From Wallemia ichthyophaga EXF-994 (taxonomy: Eukaryota; Fungi; Basidiomycota): a stretch of 248,000 nt of DNA. Location: NCBI RefSeq assembly GCF_000400465.1, contig NW_008806281.1, forward strand, positions 20,001-268,000. Reading direction: 5' to 3'. The notes under the pieces were generated by a model. That model did no database searches and had not been told where the DNA came from. It worked only from the letters and a program-made list of their open reading frames with translations. The translations under genes and the position numbers were made by a program. Shown here one piece after another: positions 67,477-81,078 of the stretch (positions are counted from its first letter, which is position 1; every line of letters begins with the position of its first letter).

Positions 67477-68010
67477 TTAGAGGGAGTTCATTTGAGCGAT
67501 AACTTCGTCTAATTCACGTTTCATCGAACCCAACTTTTCTTGAGAGTCTTCATACTTTTTCTCCCAGGCATCACGTTCTTGTTCAACGCGCTGTACTTGG
67601 CGTTCAAAGTGCTCAGCTTTGACGTCAACTTGACGGAGTTTTTCAGTGACGTCTTTCAAATTCTTTTCAGAGTTGTCGAGTTCGTCTTCTAAGAGGGCTA
67701 TTTTGCGATGTAAAGCTTCAGCGTTTGTGCGGTGAGCGTCTTCCTCGTCTCTGAAACCTTTCAAGTCATTGAGACGAGATTCGAGGGAATCGTTGTCAGA
67801 TTCAGCGAGACTGAGTTTGTGTTGAAGGGATTGAACTTCTTGTTCCCTTTGAAGGGAATCCTGTTCAAGCTTCTTTACACGTTCCTCAGAAACTTCAGCC
67901 CTTTCAAGGTTGGAATCAGCTTCAATGCGGAGGTTGTTGAGTTTCTGTGTGGGTGTCAGTGTTATATTATTTGTAAATGAACCGATAAAAACCTCTTTAA
68001 TCTTCTCCAT
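67477..68010 (-). CDS. TPM1: tropomyosin
   Basis: MEKIKE...LRQVDVKAEHFERQVQ. Confidence 0.93.
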   Translation of the reverse strand: MEKIKEVFIGSFTNNITLTPTQKLNNLRIEADSNLERAEVSEERVKKLEQDSLQREQEVQSLQHKLSLAESDNDSLESRLNDLKGFRDEEDAHRTNAEALHRKIALLEDELDNSEKNLKDVTEKLRQVDVKAEHFERQVQRVEQERDAWEKKYEDSQEKLGSMKRELDEVIAQMNSL

Positions 68011-68069
68011 TCGTGATGAAATTTGTGGTTTGACGTGTGGTTTGACTTCAAACGTAAGTTTAATTCATC

Positions 68070-68835
68070 AAAACCCTAAGATGGGTTTCGGGGCGGGTGA
68101 AAAATAAATTCGACCGAGGAAAGAAGCCTAAATGAGCTTTTGTTTCCAATTGAGCGAGGAGAAAATTTTTAACGAAATGTTCATATTCTAGAAAATTTCC
68201 CGAAAATTTTGATCAAGAATGTAAACAGGTATGAATGCATTATGTAGATATTACACAGTTTTACACCGGTTTACGCCTTTGTTCGACTCCTGGGAAGAAA
68301 TGAGGCTAACGTGGAGAAACGGCTCGGATGGCGACTAGGTGCAGCCACAAGTACTTAGATAATAGAGGTTAATTGTGCAGGAAAGCCAATTTGTTGTCTA
68401 GGCTCACTATAACGAATGGCTTCAAATGCTCAATTCGAAGAAATGGTCGCTATGATGAACAGGGAGCGTGAAAAGGAGAAGAAGAAGCTGTTTTACGCCG
68501 AAGATGTAGCTAAGATCAGCAAAAGGACCAAAAACGCATTAAAAAATACAAGGAGAAGACAGAAACTGCCATAAAAAACGATTGGGGATTTCTCGTCAAT
68601 CCCAAACAACGCAAGGAGGATGCCACACCCTTGGCATCAGTAAAATATATGTCCAAGACGAAGCTATAATGCTTATGGATTTGCGTCCCAACTCCCTCAA
68701 CACGCGTCAAGTAAGTTACGTAATTCAATTGCAATGTCTGACGTGTGGCAGATGGTCTCGGCTCTTTCAAAAGAGGGAATAGAGAAGGCGAAAGCTCACT
68801 ACGATGGAATAACCTGCTTCAACACGAGTATTGAA
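68070..68835 (+). repeat. dispersed repeat, homologous to 236090-236855 (inverted)
   Basis: Shared GGTGAAAAATAAA.TCGACCGAGG start and decayed ORF MASNAQFEEM...KAKAHYDG. Confidence 0.85.
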
Positions 68836-68949
68836 AAGAAATTTGACTTGATATCAATTCCCAATTTTTTACTTTAAAGTTTATTCGAAGTCTTCTTCCT
68901 TGTATATTACAATACATATTTACTTGTGTCATTCCATTTATACTGTACC

Positions 68950-70230
68950 TCTGCGCTTCACTGGTGAATGAGACATCCTAGCCTTGGAAACTTGTTCTGC
69001 CTGCGAAGGTCTCTTATTTACATTACTACCCCTAACTCCTCTCTTTGCTGGCATTCCCTTCCCTCCCTCATTGGTGTCCTTCAGCTTTGCCATCTTCACC
69101 CTTCCTGCAGCCCTCTGCTGTGCCTCTACTGTGCCTCTACTGTGCCTCTACTGCTTGGTTTGCGGAGCTTGTAGGTTTTGATGGGTTTGTAGTGTTTGCT
69201 GTGTTTGCATTGTTTACAGTGCTTCTACTGTTATCATTCCTATCGCCCTTTCCTCTAGCACCGGCAAACGAAAATGGCCTTGGCGTTGGCGGTGCTTACT
69301 GCACCTTCTTATGTTTTTTCACAATTCTCGTCTTTACTATACCTTCTTCGCCGCCTCCAGAGCTACTCAATTCCTTTGCATTAGTTGTACTACTACTACC
69401 TCCACCGAATATCTTCTTGCCTACACTCTTGATCATCCAAGCGGCCTTGCTAGCAGTTGCGACTCGAGTTGGTGGTTTCCCGCCTCCGATAATCCTACCA
69501 AGTGGTCTTCCTCTAGTGTTAGCTGTCATACTTAACCGTCTCTTCTGTCTCGACACCTCTAATCTACGCTTGATATCATCTCTACGCTCCTTTTCATTTA
69601 AAGGTACAGTCCCCTTGATTCTCTTGTTAGGTTGGCTTGGTTCTGCTACAGATGATCTAGCTTTAGCTTCCTTCTGCGTAAAACCCTCGTCTTGAGCAGA
69701 TGAGGTGGGTTAAGTAGGCTGTGTCGTTTGCCTAGATTGTTCAGACTTCGATGGACTTGCCTTGCCCTTGGTCTATGCTCTCGGCTGACCTGGCTTCTTG
69801 GGGGAAACCTTAGGTTTGGCTGCATAGTGATCGGCTATACTGCCCATCTTCTTAAATTAATTCTTATGTGCATAATCGAATTTCCTCTTTATCTTGAGAT
69901 TCGTGTTTATTTTGATATTCGTGGTACTGTTCAATCCTAACTGCGCTGCACTCTTTGATGATCTACTCGTCTCTGATTGCGCTTCAAATTTAGGCTTGAC
70001 TTCGGCAGTTGGCAGACGTCTGTTCAGTTCATTCATAATGGATGTAAAACCTGCAATTGAAACACCTGACTGCTATCCAAACACGAATTGTGGCAGTGGT
70101 GGGTACACCTTAATTGATGCGCTTTCACTTGAGCCGTTGCTATTGTTAATTCCAGACAGACTTGGTCTGTTTACGAACCAAGGTTATGGCGATGGCGGTT
70201 TATTGTCATTGCTGACTAGTTTAACGGTAT
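68950..70230 (-). pseudogene. decayed K/R-rich gene with fungal FD.AH..QF.KM.SI..HYAA motif
   Basis: One continuous frame with at least 5 TAA/TAG stops. Confidence 0.6.
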
Positions 70231-70404
70231 CGTCAATGATTTTGAAGAAAGAGAATTGACACGACACGTCTGTAAGATGTTAAAATGTAAAATAGAAAAT
70301 AACATGTATATAAATATCAATAAACAATAGATTTACTTAAAATAAAATAAAAATAAAAATAAAATGACAATCAATTAAGATACCTTTATCAAGTACATTC
70401 ATCA

Positions 70405-73400
70405 ATGAATAATAATGAAATTGGTAGATTGCTTCAACAACAACAACAGCAGCAATTTAATCAATTAAATCCACAACAGAGGCAGCAGGTGGGTTATTTG
70501 TTATATTAATTTAATTGCTCTGATTAGTGGATTTCCTTATAGGCGATGATTGCAACTCAAATGAGTAGAATGCAGCAGCAGCAGCAGCCCCAAGGACAAC
70601 CTCAACAAACACAAAATCATCCTCAGGACCTTAACCAATCACCTTCCCTTGAACAAGCATTTCAATCAAACAACCTCCACTTCCTAATCGACGCTGCAAA
70701 ATTAAATAAATTAAATAACGATAACCTTCAAAGATTACAGAGGCTTATTAGAAATTCTCAACTTGAGCATATTCAACGGGGCGGTGGACAGGGTGCCGGT
70801 GGTGGCCAGCAAGTTAGACAGCAACCACAGCAACAGCCACAACAACAACAACCTCAACAACCCCAGCAACACCCTCAGCAACCACCACAACATCCGCACC
70901 TAGTCCCCTCCCAAATAGCTGCCGCTAAGAACCTCCAACAGAAAATAGAAACCATCGATTTACAATTGAGAAATTCAAATTTATCCCCACAAGACCGAGA
71001 TAACGCTAGAAAGTCTTATGATGAAGCTAAAAATTTACAAGCTTTGTTTATTCAACAGCTTAGGAGTAATCAATCGACTAAACAATCAACCAATATGTTA
71101 CACTCTCAATCTCAGCCACAAGTTACAACCAACTACGATAACAACTGGGCTAATCAACACCAATTTCCCAGTCTCTCAAATAACTTTTCCGGCGATCATC
71201 ACTCAAACATCCTTGGTCTTGGTTTGGTTGGTACTTCAAATCCTCCACAGCAGCAACAACCTCCACAACAACCTCCACAACAACCTACACCCACTCACCA
71301 ACCTCCCACTCAACCCCGCCCAAACCTCTCCATGCTCCCTCAACTTCAACCCGAAAATTTTCTCAAAGCCCTTATCGATCTCATGAAGAAGCGTGGCACT
71401 CCTATTGAAAAACTACCTGAAGTTGATGGTAAAGGTATTGATTTACACAAACTCTACATGACTGTCATCCAATCTGGTGGCAGCTTGGAAGTTCATCGTC
71501 AATCAAAGTGGCCACTAGTTGGTGCAATCATCGGTTTACCAATGTCTAATCAATTCTCAGACTCTAATCCACGTATCTCTAACAACTCCTCCCAAGCTTT
71601 AGCAAACGTTTACAGAGAATACCTCGCTCCATTTGAACAAGTGTGGATGAAAGCTATTCATGATCAAGTCTCACAGAGAAGAGCCGCTGTCATGCATCAA
71701 CAACAATCACAACAACCACAACAATCACCTCTAACTAGACCAATGACTGGTTTCCCTCAACCAATTCCTCAACAATTCCCTCAACAATCTCAACCCCCCC
71801 AACCCCAACCTAATCAACCTCAACCTAATCCACCTCAGCCTAATCAGCCCATCCATCAACAACAACTAATGGCTTCTCTCTCATCAATGTCTGATGATCA
71901 GTTGAGAAATTTAAACTTGACTCCTGAGCAAATTTTTCAGCTTCGCAGAAAGATCCAACAACCACAAATGTCTACCACTGCGCCGTCTTTGGATGCCACC
72001 AGCTCTGTTACTAACCCTTCTAACCCTCCTTCTATCCAAAGCAACCCTTCATCTCAAGGTATCCCTCCTCCTATTCAAAACAACCCTTCATCTCAAGGTA
72101 TTCCTCCTCCAATGGCTAACAATTTGCCAATCATGATGCCTCCAAAAGAGAGACTATCACAGGCCTCTCAACTTGTTCAGTCCATTAAGCAGAGTATCAT
72201 GCAACAAAGACCTCCTGTTAACTCTCAACCCAATTTGAATCCTGCTGAACAACACCAAATCGCACAAACTTGCGCTGAAATTAAGCCTATGCTTATCTCT
72301 TTAGAAACTATCCTGCCAATTTTCTTGTGTTTGAACGATCCAATAGAACCAGGTAAAATTGAAGCTGTTAAGAAGATTTCTTTGATGGTATGCTGGTTTT
72401 GTGATATTTACACTTACTAACTATCAATGCAGACTGTTATGTATTACCAGCAAACTCTTATGCTTCCCCAGCGTCAATTTTGTTTCAATCTCGAGGACAT
72501 GACCAGGCTGCGGATTCAATTGGCTCGATGTAAGCGTTGTTTCAATGTCTCATTTGTTTTGATTAACCATCATTGCAGGCTTCATGTATGTTAAGAATCA
72601 GGTCAAGGACGTACAAGGAATACAAAGCATAGCACAAAATGCAGCACCGAGACCTGCTTCCCAGCCTCAAGCAGCACCTTCTCAACCACCGGACCAGTCT
72701 GCCATTTTCAACAATGCCATGAAGCAAGCGCAACAGCAACCCTCGCACTCTGCATCTCCAGCACAACCTTCACAAGTTGATCAGGTGGCTATGTTCAATA
72801 ATGCGCTCAAGCAAGCCCAACAGCAGCAGCAACAACAGCAACAGCAGCAACAGCAGCAACAACAACAGTTACAACAACAACAGCAACACCACCACCAGCA
72901 GTCACAAGTACCCTCTCCAGCTTTGATGAGTGGCGTACAGAGAAGCACTGACAATCTCAAAGCACCACCGCCATCCAAGCGCACAAAGACTTCTCCGCAG
73001 ATACAAAATACACCTATAGATCTTTCACCATCACCCATTCCTCCACCCGCACATTCAGGCCAGACGCCACCGAAATCTCCGTATTCTCAAAAAGCAGCTG
73101 CAGCGAGTGCCAGAGCGAGTGGTGGTCGTGGACGCGGTAGGCCACAAGCAAGACCACGGAATGCACAAAGAGGTGCAAATGGTACGACAAGCAACGACAA
73201 CACCCCAATCTCCATCGATATTGATTCACCAGCGCAAAACGTTGCGCCGTCTCTACCAAAGGCACCTACACCTGCACCATCACAACCAACGCAGCCACCT
73301 AAACCTACGGCGCTTGAAGATCCAGTCGCCTATTTGGAGAATGCACTCGCAGATTTCAAGCACAACTTGCCATCTTCAGCACCCCAACCTCAGCATATAA

Positions 73401-73876
73401 GTAACCCACAGATGTTCAACAGCCTAGATGAAGGTCATCCACTCAAACCATCACTGACGCTCGAAGATGTCCACTCGAAACCTGAGCCTGAGTTTATACT
73501 CTCGCCAGATGACAACATCCATGGCCATCTCCCACCTAACGAGGAGCTCGACTTTAGTCTATTGATTGATGAATCTTCATTCAATGATCAGGATCAGGAG
73601 CAGGATGAGGAAAGTGGTGAGAATGTAAGCTCGAAGAAGATGAACGTCGAGACGCCTGAACTCATCAATGGAATGAACCCTTCGCCTGAATCGGTCAACG
73701 ATGAACTCAAGTCGCCCAAGGATGCGTCGGCTAGCGGAAGGCAAAAGACGTCAAATAGCCAAACTTCCAACGCTGCTCAAGAATGGCTCGCTGGATCTGC
73801 GACTGACCAGTATGACGCAATGATTGATAACAACTTTGGCGCTAATTGGCTTCTTCAAGATGAGCAAATTAGTTAG
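70405..73876 (+). CDS. ARID-domain Q-rich protein (SWI1-like)
   Basis: KGIDLHKLYMTVIQSGGS...W..YREYLAPFE. Confidence 0.8.
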
Positions 73877-74098
73877 CAATATCTGGTAACACAGATATGG
73901 ATCATGGTTTTTATTCTTTTCACTCATCTCTCTCCCTCGCTATTGACACTATTTTCCATATTTTCATCACACTGCTCATCTCCACTATTTCGTTATCCCA
74001 GTCAGCCATTGTATTATTAATTGTTTCCATATACATGTTTTAGCCGCGACTACTTTGCCTTAGTTAATGTTTATGACAGTAAAGTCTAATGTCGCACT

Positions 74099-75617
74099 TT
74101 ATTCGCCATGGAATTCAGATTGGACAGCACTAGCAAAATCATCATCGCACAGAACCCTGAAAGCCGTTAGTGCGACACCTGTAGCCGCCTCGAGTGTTTT
74201 TCGATGGGCGATGGGTGTATCGGTGCACCTTGCGAACTCTGCGGTATGATTAGAAACGCCTTCCTGTGAATAAATTTCGTAAGCAGGGTGCAGACCGGGC
74301 ATAGCGTAAGTGACAGCGCCGAAATCTGTTGATGCGCCTCCAGGGACGTCCAAAGCGAGCTGGACATGCGTACCAAATCTGCGCATCAATGCGGCTGCGT
74401 ATTCAACGGCTGCAGAGAGTGTGTGAGTAAGGACAATCCGCAAGTGATCAAACCACGTACGCACCGAGAAGCCCATTATGACGAAGTTCAGGGTGAGGAG
74501 GGGTGGTATCATGCAAGACGAATTGGCATCCGGTAGCATCAGCAGCAGCTCTTAAGCACGCAACTACCCTCCTCTTCAGTTCCACCAGCTCAGCCAGGGT
74601 CGCGCTGCGCACGCCATACCTGAGGCACGAGTACGCAGGGATAACATTGGGCGAGTAGCCCGCGGTGTCGATGACACCGTGCACGCGCTCATACGGCTTG
74701 GTCTGCTGACGGAGAGCGTTTATGTTGGTGTATGCGAGGATGGCAGCGTCGAGTGCGTTTATGCCCTCGTGCGGTGCAAGCGCTGCGTGTGCAGCCTTGC
74801 CCAAGTACTCTGCACTGAACGAATCGATTGCCAACATGGGCGATATTAGATCAGTTTTGTACGGCGCACCTCCACCCGGATGGATCATCAGCATCGCATC
74901 TGCGCTTTTGTATGCACCGTGTCTCAACATTCTTATTTTGCCACCGCCCCGCTCTTCCGCTGGTGTACCTAGGAGGAGCACCCTCCCGGATACATCCATC
75001 TCTGCCATCGCTGCAGCCACACCCAAAGCTGCCGCTAATGCTCCCTCAGCTATCAGATCTGCCTGTGTTAGGCGGAAGATTAGGGCGTGAAATATTCAGC
75101 TACCCACTGTGTCCACATGCATGCCCTATGCCCGGCAAAGCCTGCCTATTCAGCATAAACCCCGGAATGACATCATACTCACATCCATCTCAGCGTTGAA
75201 TCCCACTGTGCGTCCACCTATTCCACGACTAAATGTAGCCTTCCACGCCGTTTCCATCCCGCAGATTCCTCTCTCCACTCGCCATCCCCTGCCCTGCATA
75301 AAGTGGGTGAGCGTATTCGCCGCGTAATGCTCTCTGAATGCCAGTTCGGGATTTTGGTGGATCGTCGAACCAAGCTCTCTCAGTACACTCTCTTCCATGT
75401 GCAACGTTCTTTCTATTACCCCCGCTGCCCTGTCTGCCACTGGCTCGAAATTGGCACGATCATATGATGGCAGGGTGTTGGTGTGTGAATCGGTTGCATC
75501 TACTTCCAAATAGGTTGGAAGGCATGACTCTTGCTGCTCCTGCTCTTCACAATCCCTTTGCTCTGCATTCCCTGGCTCCTCCTTGAATTGTTTGCGTTTC
75601 GATAAGCAATTCCACAT
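74099..75617 (-). CDS. M20D amidohydrolase (PM20D2-like)
   Basis: IHQNPELAFRE, GFNAEMD, GTPAEE, GASTDFGAV. Confidence 0.9.
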
Positions 75618-75659
75618 GAAAGTTATTGGTTATTGGTTATATTATAATACACAACAAAA

Positions 75660-77429
75660 TCAACGCTGCTGCTTCATTTTATTCACCGCAAATTCATTCA
75701 ACGCCTTGATGATGCGAGCCAGCTGCTCTTTGCTGCTCAAGTCAGACCTCTGAATAACCTTAGCCAACAGCTCTTCTCGGACAGAACAACCGAGTGCTTC
75801 AAAAGTCTCTAGAACAAGTTTGATAGCATTGATGCGATTCTGCGCATTAATATCAGCCGACATGTACCTAACGCAGAGTTCCATAATCATTTTCTCATTC
75901 TTGCGCAAATTCTTGCGCCATATATCGCCATTATCGTGTATACTCCTTTTGCACCACGCTTGCTTGTACAGCTTGAGCATTCTACTCAGACCCACTCGTC
76001 CATTCCAATGAGGGGAGTGTTGATTCGTTTTCCAAAATAATCGCTGTAGGTGCTCGTATTCGTGTGTGTTGGCTTGTTGCATTACACCCGCATTCGCGAT
76101 ATCTATATACGCGCGCACGGCATAGCGGAACCCTATGTAAAAATTGCAGTAGATTGCTGTTTGGAAGATACTCATCGCTGATAGAAATACGCGTCGGCGT
76201 ATATTCCTAGCCCTAATCTGGGCTACGATTGGCTTAGATTCGGGCTGGAATGACATTGGTGTTCTTTTACTTTCATACAACTTAAGCAAACCCGTAAAAT
76301 GCATATGAGCCTGCTTAAATGCTACTTTGCGTTGATTATTCGTAAGTGATAGTCTAATTAAGTGATGTAGATTGCTAGTATTGGTATGTAGATGGGTGTT
76401 GTCCTCACTCATCTCAAGTCGTCTCATGACTTTTGCTCTATGCGTCTTGTAGTCTACAGATGAAGTTGTGCCTTTCAATTTAAAGGATTTGAGTAACGTG
76501 GATGATGATAACGATGCTGATGCTGATTTAGATCCTTTTTCTATATTCTCTACTATTGTTAATAATTTCTTGGTGTTTTCTATTGTGTCGCATTCTGCTA
76601 GTTGTCGCAAACGATCTGTTATTGCTGCTTTGTCTTGTCCCAACTGTAGGAAAGCGGAGGATATAAAACTAAGAAACTTCCTATCTAATTTGATGTAAGT
76701 TTGAGAGATTAGCGATAGTATGGCTGTGATATCGACTAGAACACTTTCCTTATCTGATGCAACAGATTTGTACTCATGTATTAGTGATCGTATGAGGTGT
76801 ATATGGGTACCATGAGTGCGATCAACATTGAGTAGTTGTTGTTCAGCTAACAAACTAGGGGTAGATTCGATATCGTAACGCTGAAGCAGCTCATAAACGC
76901 GTGAAATAGCATGTGGGTAGGGAGAATTAATGTTCTCGCTCCATTCCTCAGTATAACAACGAAGGCTGTGGTGTAAATGCTGAGCTAGCTTGTTAAGCTG
77001 TTCTAAATCTGTACCTTGACAATCAACTTTAGCCGCAACGACGGCAGAAATGATAGTTACGAGAGTCCTTGGAGCGTAGCAAATATTCCTCCCACCTTTG
77101 CTAACGTTTGGATGAATGGAATACTTAAAGAAACGCAAAGCAGCGCTAAAGTGTTTACGATTGAGTAATTCAACGACGGCTCGAACATAAGGATCATGAT
77201 TTGAATGTACGCACAAGTTACTAGGTAAAGTGTCTAAAAGAGAGCGTAATTGGGCATTTGTGGGTCTACTGCGAGTGTTTTTGAGTGAAAACTTGTGCGA
77301 TCTAGTGAGCTTGAATGGAGAAGGAGAAGGAGGAGGAGTTAGACTAGATTTTAGATTAGACGAAGTACTAGGAAAAGGCTTGAACGATTTGGATAATTGA
77401 ATTAAGCACTTTAGTGGGTGTATGACCAT
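75660..77429 (-). CDS. hypothetical protein
   Basis: 589-aa uninterrupted ORF. Confidence 0.55.
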   Translation of the reverse strand: MVIHPLKCLIQLSKSFKPFPSTSSNLKSSLTPPPSPSPFKLTRSHKFSLKNTRSRPTNAQLRSLLDTLPSNLCVHSNHDPYVRAVVELLNRKHFSAALRFFKYSIHPNVSKGGRNICYAPRTLVTIISAVVAAKVDCQGTDLEQLNKLAQHLHHSLRCYTEEWSENINSPYPHAISRVYELLQRYDIESTPSLLAEQQLLNVDRTHGTHIHLIRSLIHEYKSVASDKESVLVDITAILSLISQTYIKLDRKFLSFISSAFLQLGQDKAAITDRLRQLAECDTIENTKKLLTIVENIEKGSKSASASLSSSTLLKSFKLKGTTSSVDYKTHRAKVMRRLEMSEDNTHLHTNTSNLHHLIRLSLTNNQRKVAFKQAHMHFTGLLKLYESKRTPMSFQPESKPIVAQIRARNIRRRVFLSAMSIFQTAIYCNFYIGFRYAVRAYIDIANAGVMQQANTHEYEHLQRLFWKTNQHSPHWNGRVGLSRMLKLYKQAWCKRSIHDNGDIWRKNLRKNEKMIMELCVRYMSADINAQNRINAIKLVLETFEALGCSVREELLAKVIQRSDLSSKEQLARIIKALNEFAVNKMKQQR

Positions 77430-77573
77430 CGTCGAGATAGCATCAATTGGTTAATAGAGGATATGAAATTACTAGTGACCTAGGCAATTAATTTAATAGT
77501 GATTTATAAAATTTAGACTATTAAAATCCAGCGATGTTTCCTTGTGATCCTTGGTGATTTACGTTAAAGAGAG

Positions 77574-79621
77574 ATGAAAATAACGGACAAGCTGTTGGCT
77601 GCAGAAAGGGAAGACAGGCTTTGGTGGAGTTTTGAATTCTTCCCGCCAGTGAGTTTTGTAGACTGGTTGCTTCTTGAAATTCTAATGAAATTTACAGAGA
77701 ACTGCTCAGGTTGGTTGATAGTCTAAGCTGGCTGGACATTTCAGCTAACATGTTCAATACAGGGAATGACAAATCTCGTTGATCGTATCGAAAGAATGAG
77801 ACGCTTGGGTCCTGAATTTATCGACATCACTTGGTTAGTGCACTACCAGCCAACGTATTCAACAAAGTCTAAACAATTTCAGGCACTCTGGCGGCAGAAC
77901 TGCTGAATTGACTACTGAACTCGTCAAGACTTGCCAGGCTTCAATCGGCGTTGAGACTTGCATGCATTTGACCTGTACTGGCATGCCTCGTGAAAAGGTC
78001 ATTAATGCTTTAGAGGTGCGCTTATAATAATATCCCTCTTCGTCTGCTTACATATATCCAAGGAAGCCAAGAAGAATGGCTGCACGAACGTCCTTGCTTT
78101 GCGTGGTGATCCTCCCAGAGGTCAGACTGAATGGTATCCTCACCCAAATGGCTTCACTTACGCGGTTGATTTGGTCAAGCACATCAAAAGTGTCTACGGT
78201 GACTACTTCGAAGTTGCCGTCGCTGGTTTCCCTGAAGGAAACCTCCAATACAAACACTCATCAGACAAAGCCCTTGAAATGCAATACTTAAAGGAAAAGG
78301 TCGAAGCAGGTGCTGATCTTATAATGACTCAAATGTTCTACGATGTTGATAACTTTATCGATTGGTGCAAACAAGTTCGCAAAGCTGGCATCACCGTCCC
78401 AATCGTTCCCGGCATCATGCCGATCCAAACTTGGAACGGTTTCCAAAAAGCTGTACAAATGGCTCAGGCTAACGTTCCTGAATCATGGATGCAACAACTC
78501 GAAGCAGTCAAAGAGGATGATGCATCAGTCAGAAAAGTTGGTACTAAGCTCGTTTCTCAAATGTGCAAACAGATACTAGACGCCAATATCGGTATCAGAG
78601 GGCTTCATTTATATACTATGAACCTTGAACGTGGCCCTAAAATGATTTTACAAGAGTTGAATCTCATCCCACAAACTCAAATACTCAATCCCCTTCCATG
78701 GAGACCATCACTCACGCCTATGAGACGCACAGAAAACATCAGACCAATATTTTGGGCGAATCGTCAGAAATCATACTTGTCGCGCACGGAAATGTGGGAT
78801 GAGTTTCCAAATGGTAGATGGGGTGACTCACGCTCTCCTGCATACGGTGAATTAGACGGTTGGGGTCCAACAATCAACCTTAAGGCTGAGGAAGCTCTTG
78901 AAATCTGGGGTGAACCATCAAAGTACGATGACATTTGCAGTTTATTCTCCCGTTTCTGCTTGAATGACTTAAAAGCTTTACCATGGTCTGATCAACCGCC
79001 AGCTCGTGAAACTAGCGTCATTGATAGACAACTCGCAAAAATGAATGATATAGGCTTCTTTACGATTAATTCTCAACCTGCAGTCAACGGTGCTCGCTCA
79101 GATGATAAAGTGCACGGTTGGGGTCCTAAAGGCGGATACGTATACCAAAAAGTTAGTTGAAATGACTACCCAATTACACTGCTGACAATCAATTCAAGGC
79201 TTATCTGGAGTTTTTTGTGTCTCCAGACAATCTAGACAAATTAATCAGTCGTATAGAATTGAATCCGATGATGACATATTACGCAGTCAATAAGCGCGGT
79301 GATTTGAGAACAAACACTCACTCAGAAGGCCCTAATGCAGTCACGTGGGGTGTCTTCCCTGGCAGTGAAATAGTCCAACCCACAATCGTCGAAGCAGTCA
79401 GTTTCATGGCATGGAAAGACGAAGCATATGAATTGGGCTATCAGTGGAGCGATATGTACAAGTACGGATCGGCAAGTCAACAAATCATCAGACAGATCAT
79501 GGACACGCATTTCCTGGTGAACGTCGTCCACAATGACTTCAAGAATGGTCAAGACATATTCAAACCTTTTATCAATGAATTCGATAAAAAGACAGTGCTT
79601 AACGATACCACAAAGAATTAG
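77574..79621 (+). CDS. MET13: methylenetetrahydrofolate reductase
   Basis: WWSFEFFPP, LRGDPP, TQMFYD, WDEFPNGRWGDSRSPAYG. Confidence 0.95.
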
Positions 79622-81078
79622 CACACTCAAGACACTCTCACACCTATAGAACTAATTTCACCTTGGTCTACAAAGGTTCAACCCCCTTTTTGACATAACA
79701 TTAGTAAAAAAGAAAAAAAAAAAACCCGGATCAAATCAGTACAAGTCGACATTTACCCCCAACATGTTTTAATAAGCAACATCTTTTCCATCTCAGAATC
79801 TCAATTGTACACAATTTGCATATTGCACTTCAACTTGCATAAACTACCCCTTGCTATCCTTTAATAAAAAGTTGCCATGTGCGCTCAAAGATGCTATCCA
79901 AAGTATTTTTGATTGCTTCGCTGAAAACGTCCTGAGTTATTGTCGACTTTGATCCAGATAGCGGGGCAAGAAGCACGAGAATGCTAATTTGCGATGAACG
80001 AGTTGGCTCGACGTTGAGTGCAGATATTGATAAAAGGGCGAAGAGCGATGAAATGCATTGACAATTTCCTGTGCGTTGTTCTGACGCGAAATTGTAAATC
80101 GGAGTAATAATCTCTTTAAAAATGGACATCGCGACACTATTATCTTGAGTGTTGAGGAGGTCGAGAACCATCTTGACGATTTTAATTTGAATACAGGCAG
80201 GAGATTGAGGATGTATCAACAACCATATCAAAGATCTAACGACTGTGGATGCAAAGAGACTCTCAAACCCAATTAGCTGACCTTTATTGTTGAGTGAATT
80301 GAGTTGGTGCAAAGTCTGCTGGCGTATGTTGCCAACCATATCGATCAGCATGATAATGATACGCGGTTGAATCTTATCATAGAGACAAGACATGAAAACA
80401 TTTTGAAGGGAATGATAAATGGATTTGGTGAGTGTAGTTTGTGACTCAAGGTTAAATGTATTGTGGCTGAGTAATTGTAGCTGTCTCATAAGTGCCCGTG
80501 TCGCGTCTGTTGAAGATTTCAGCGTGTATCAAACGAATGAGGTCATCTAACCAAATCCATATTGTGAGCTGTGCGGGTTGTGTGTGGTGTGTATTTCTAC
80601 ACTCTCATACTTCCCGTTGTCGATAAATCTCAATAAATCTAGCCTGGCTCTTGGATCGTCGAGTTGTGCAGCCAATTGATAAGGATAAGTACCACTGGAA
80701 ACAGCTTCAATAGACAACTTGAATAGCTCTACGCAGTCTAATGTGAGCGTAAGAGTCGCATTGCATAGTTCTACACCAGATTTCACCGGTAGTGGCCATA
80801 TCTCGGTGTGCTGTTGCAGCCACGACGATAGCCTGAGATGGTAAGAGATGTGAGATGAAATAGACCATCAAGACGCAATTCTAACCAGCGACAATCTCAA
80901 ATCATCAAATCTCATCGAATTTTGAGATGATGATGGTGCAAGGCTAACAGCGGTTGGAACTCGAGTAGAACGCGCAAATCCAATTAAACGCGAAATAGAT
81001 ATATTGAAAGTAATTTCAAGGTAAATTCAACGCCCTTATCACGCCATCTACCCACTTCAATATCAACAATCAACACCT

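Noticed and set aside
68950-70230. Alternative genetic code (TAA/TAG = Gln)
   Set aside because: Conserved genes throughout the window end at TAA/TAG normally; stops-for-Gln are confined to decayed regions
70405-73000. CAG/CAA poly-Q tracts (also 134.7k, 225.3k)
   Set aside because: Ordinary low-complexity coding sequence of regulators
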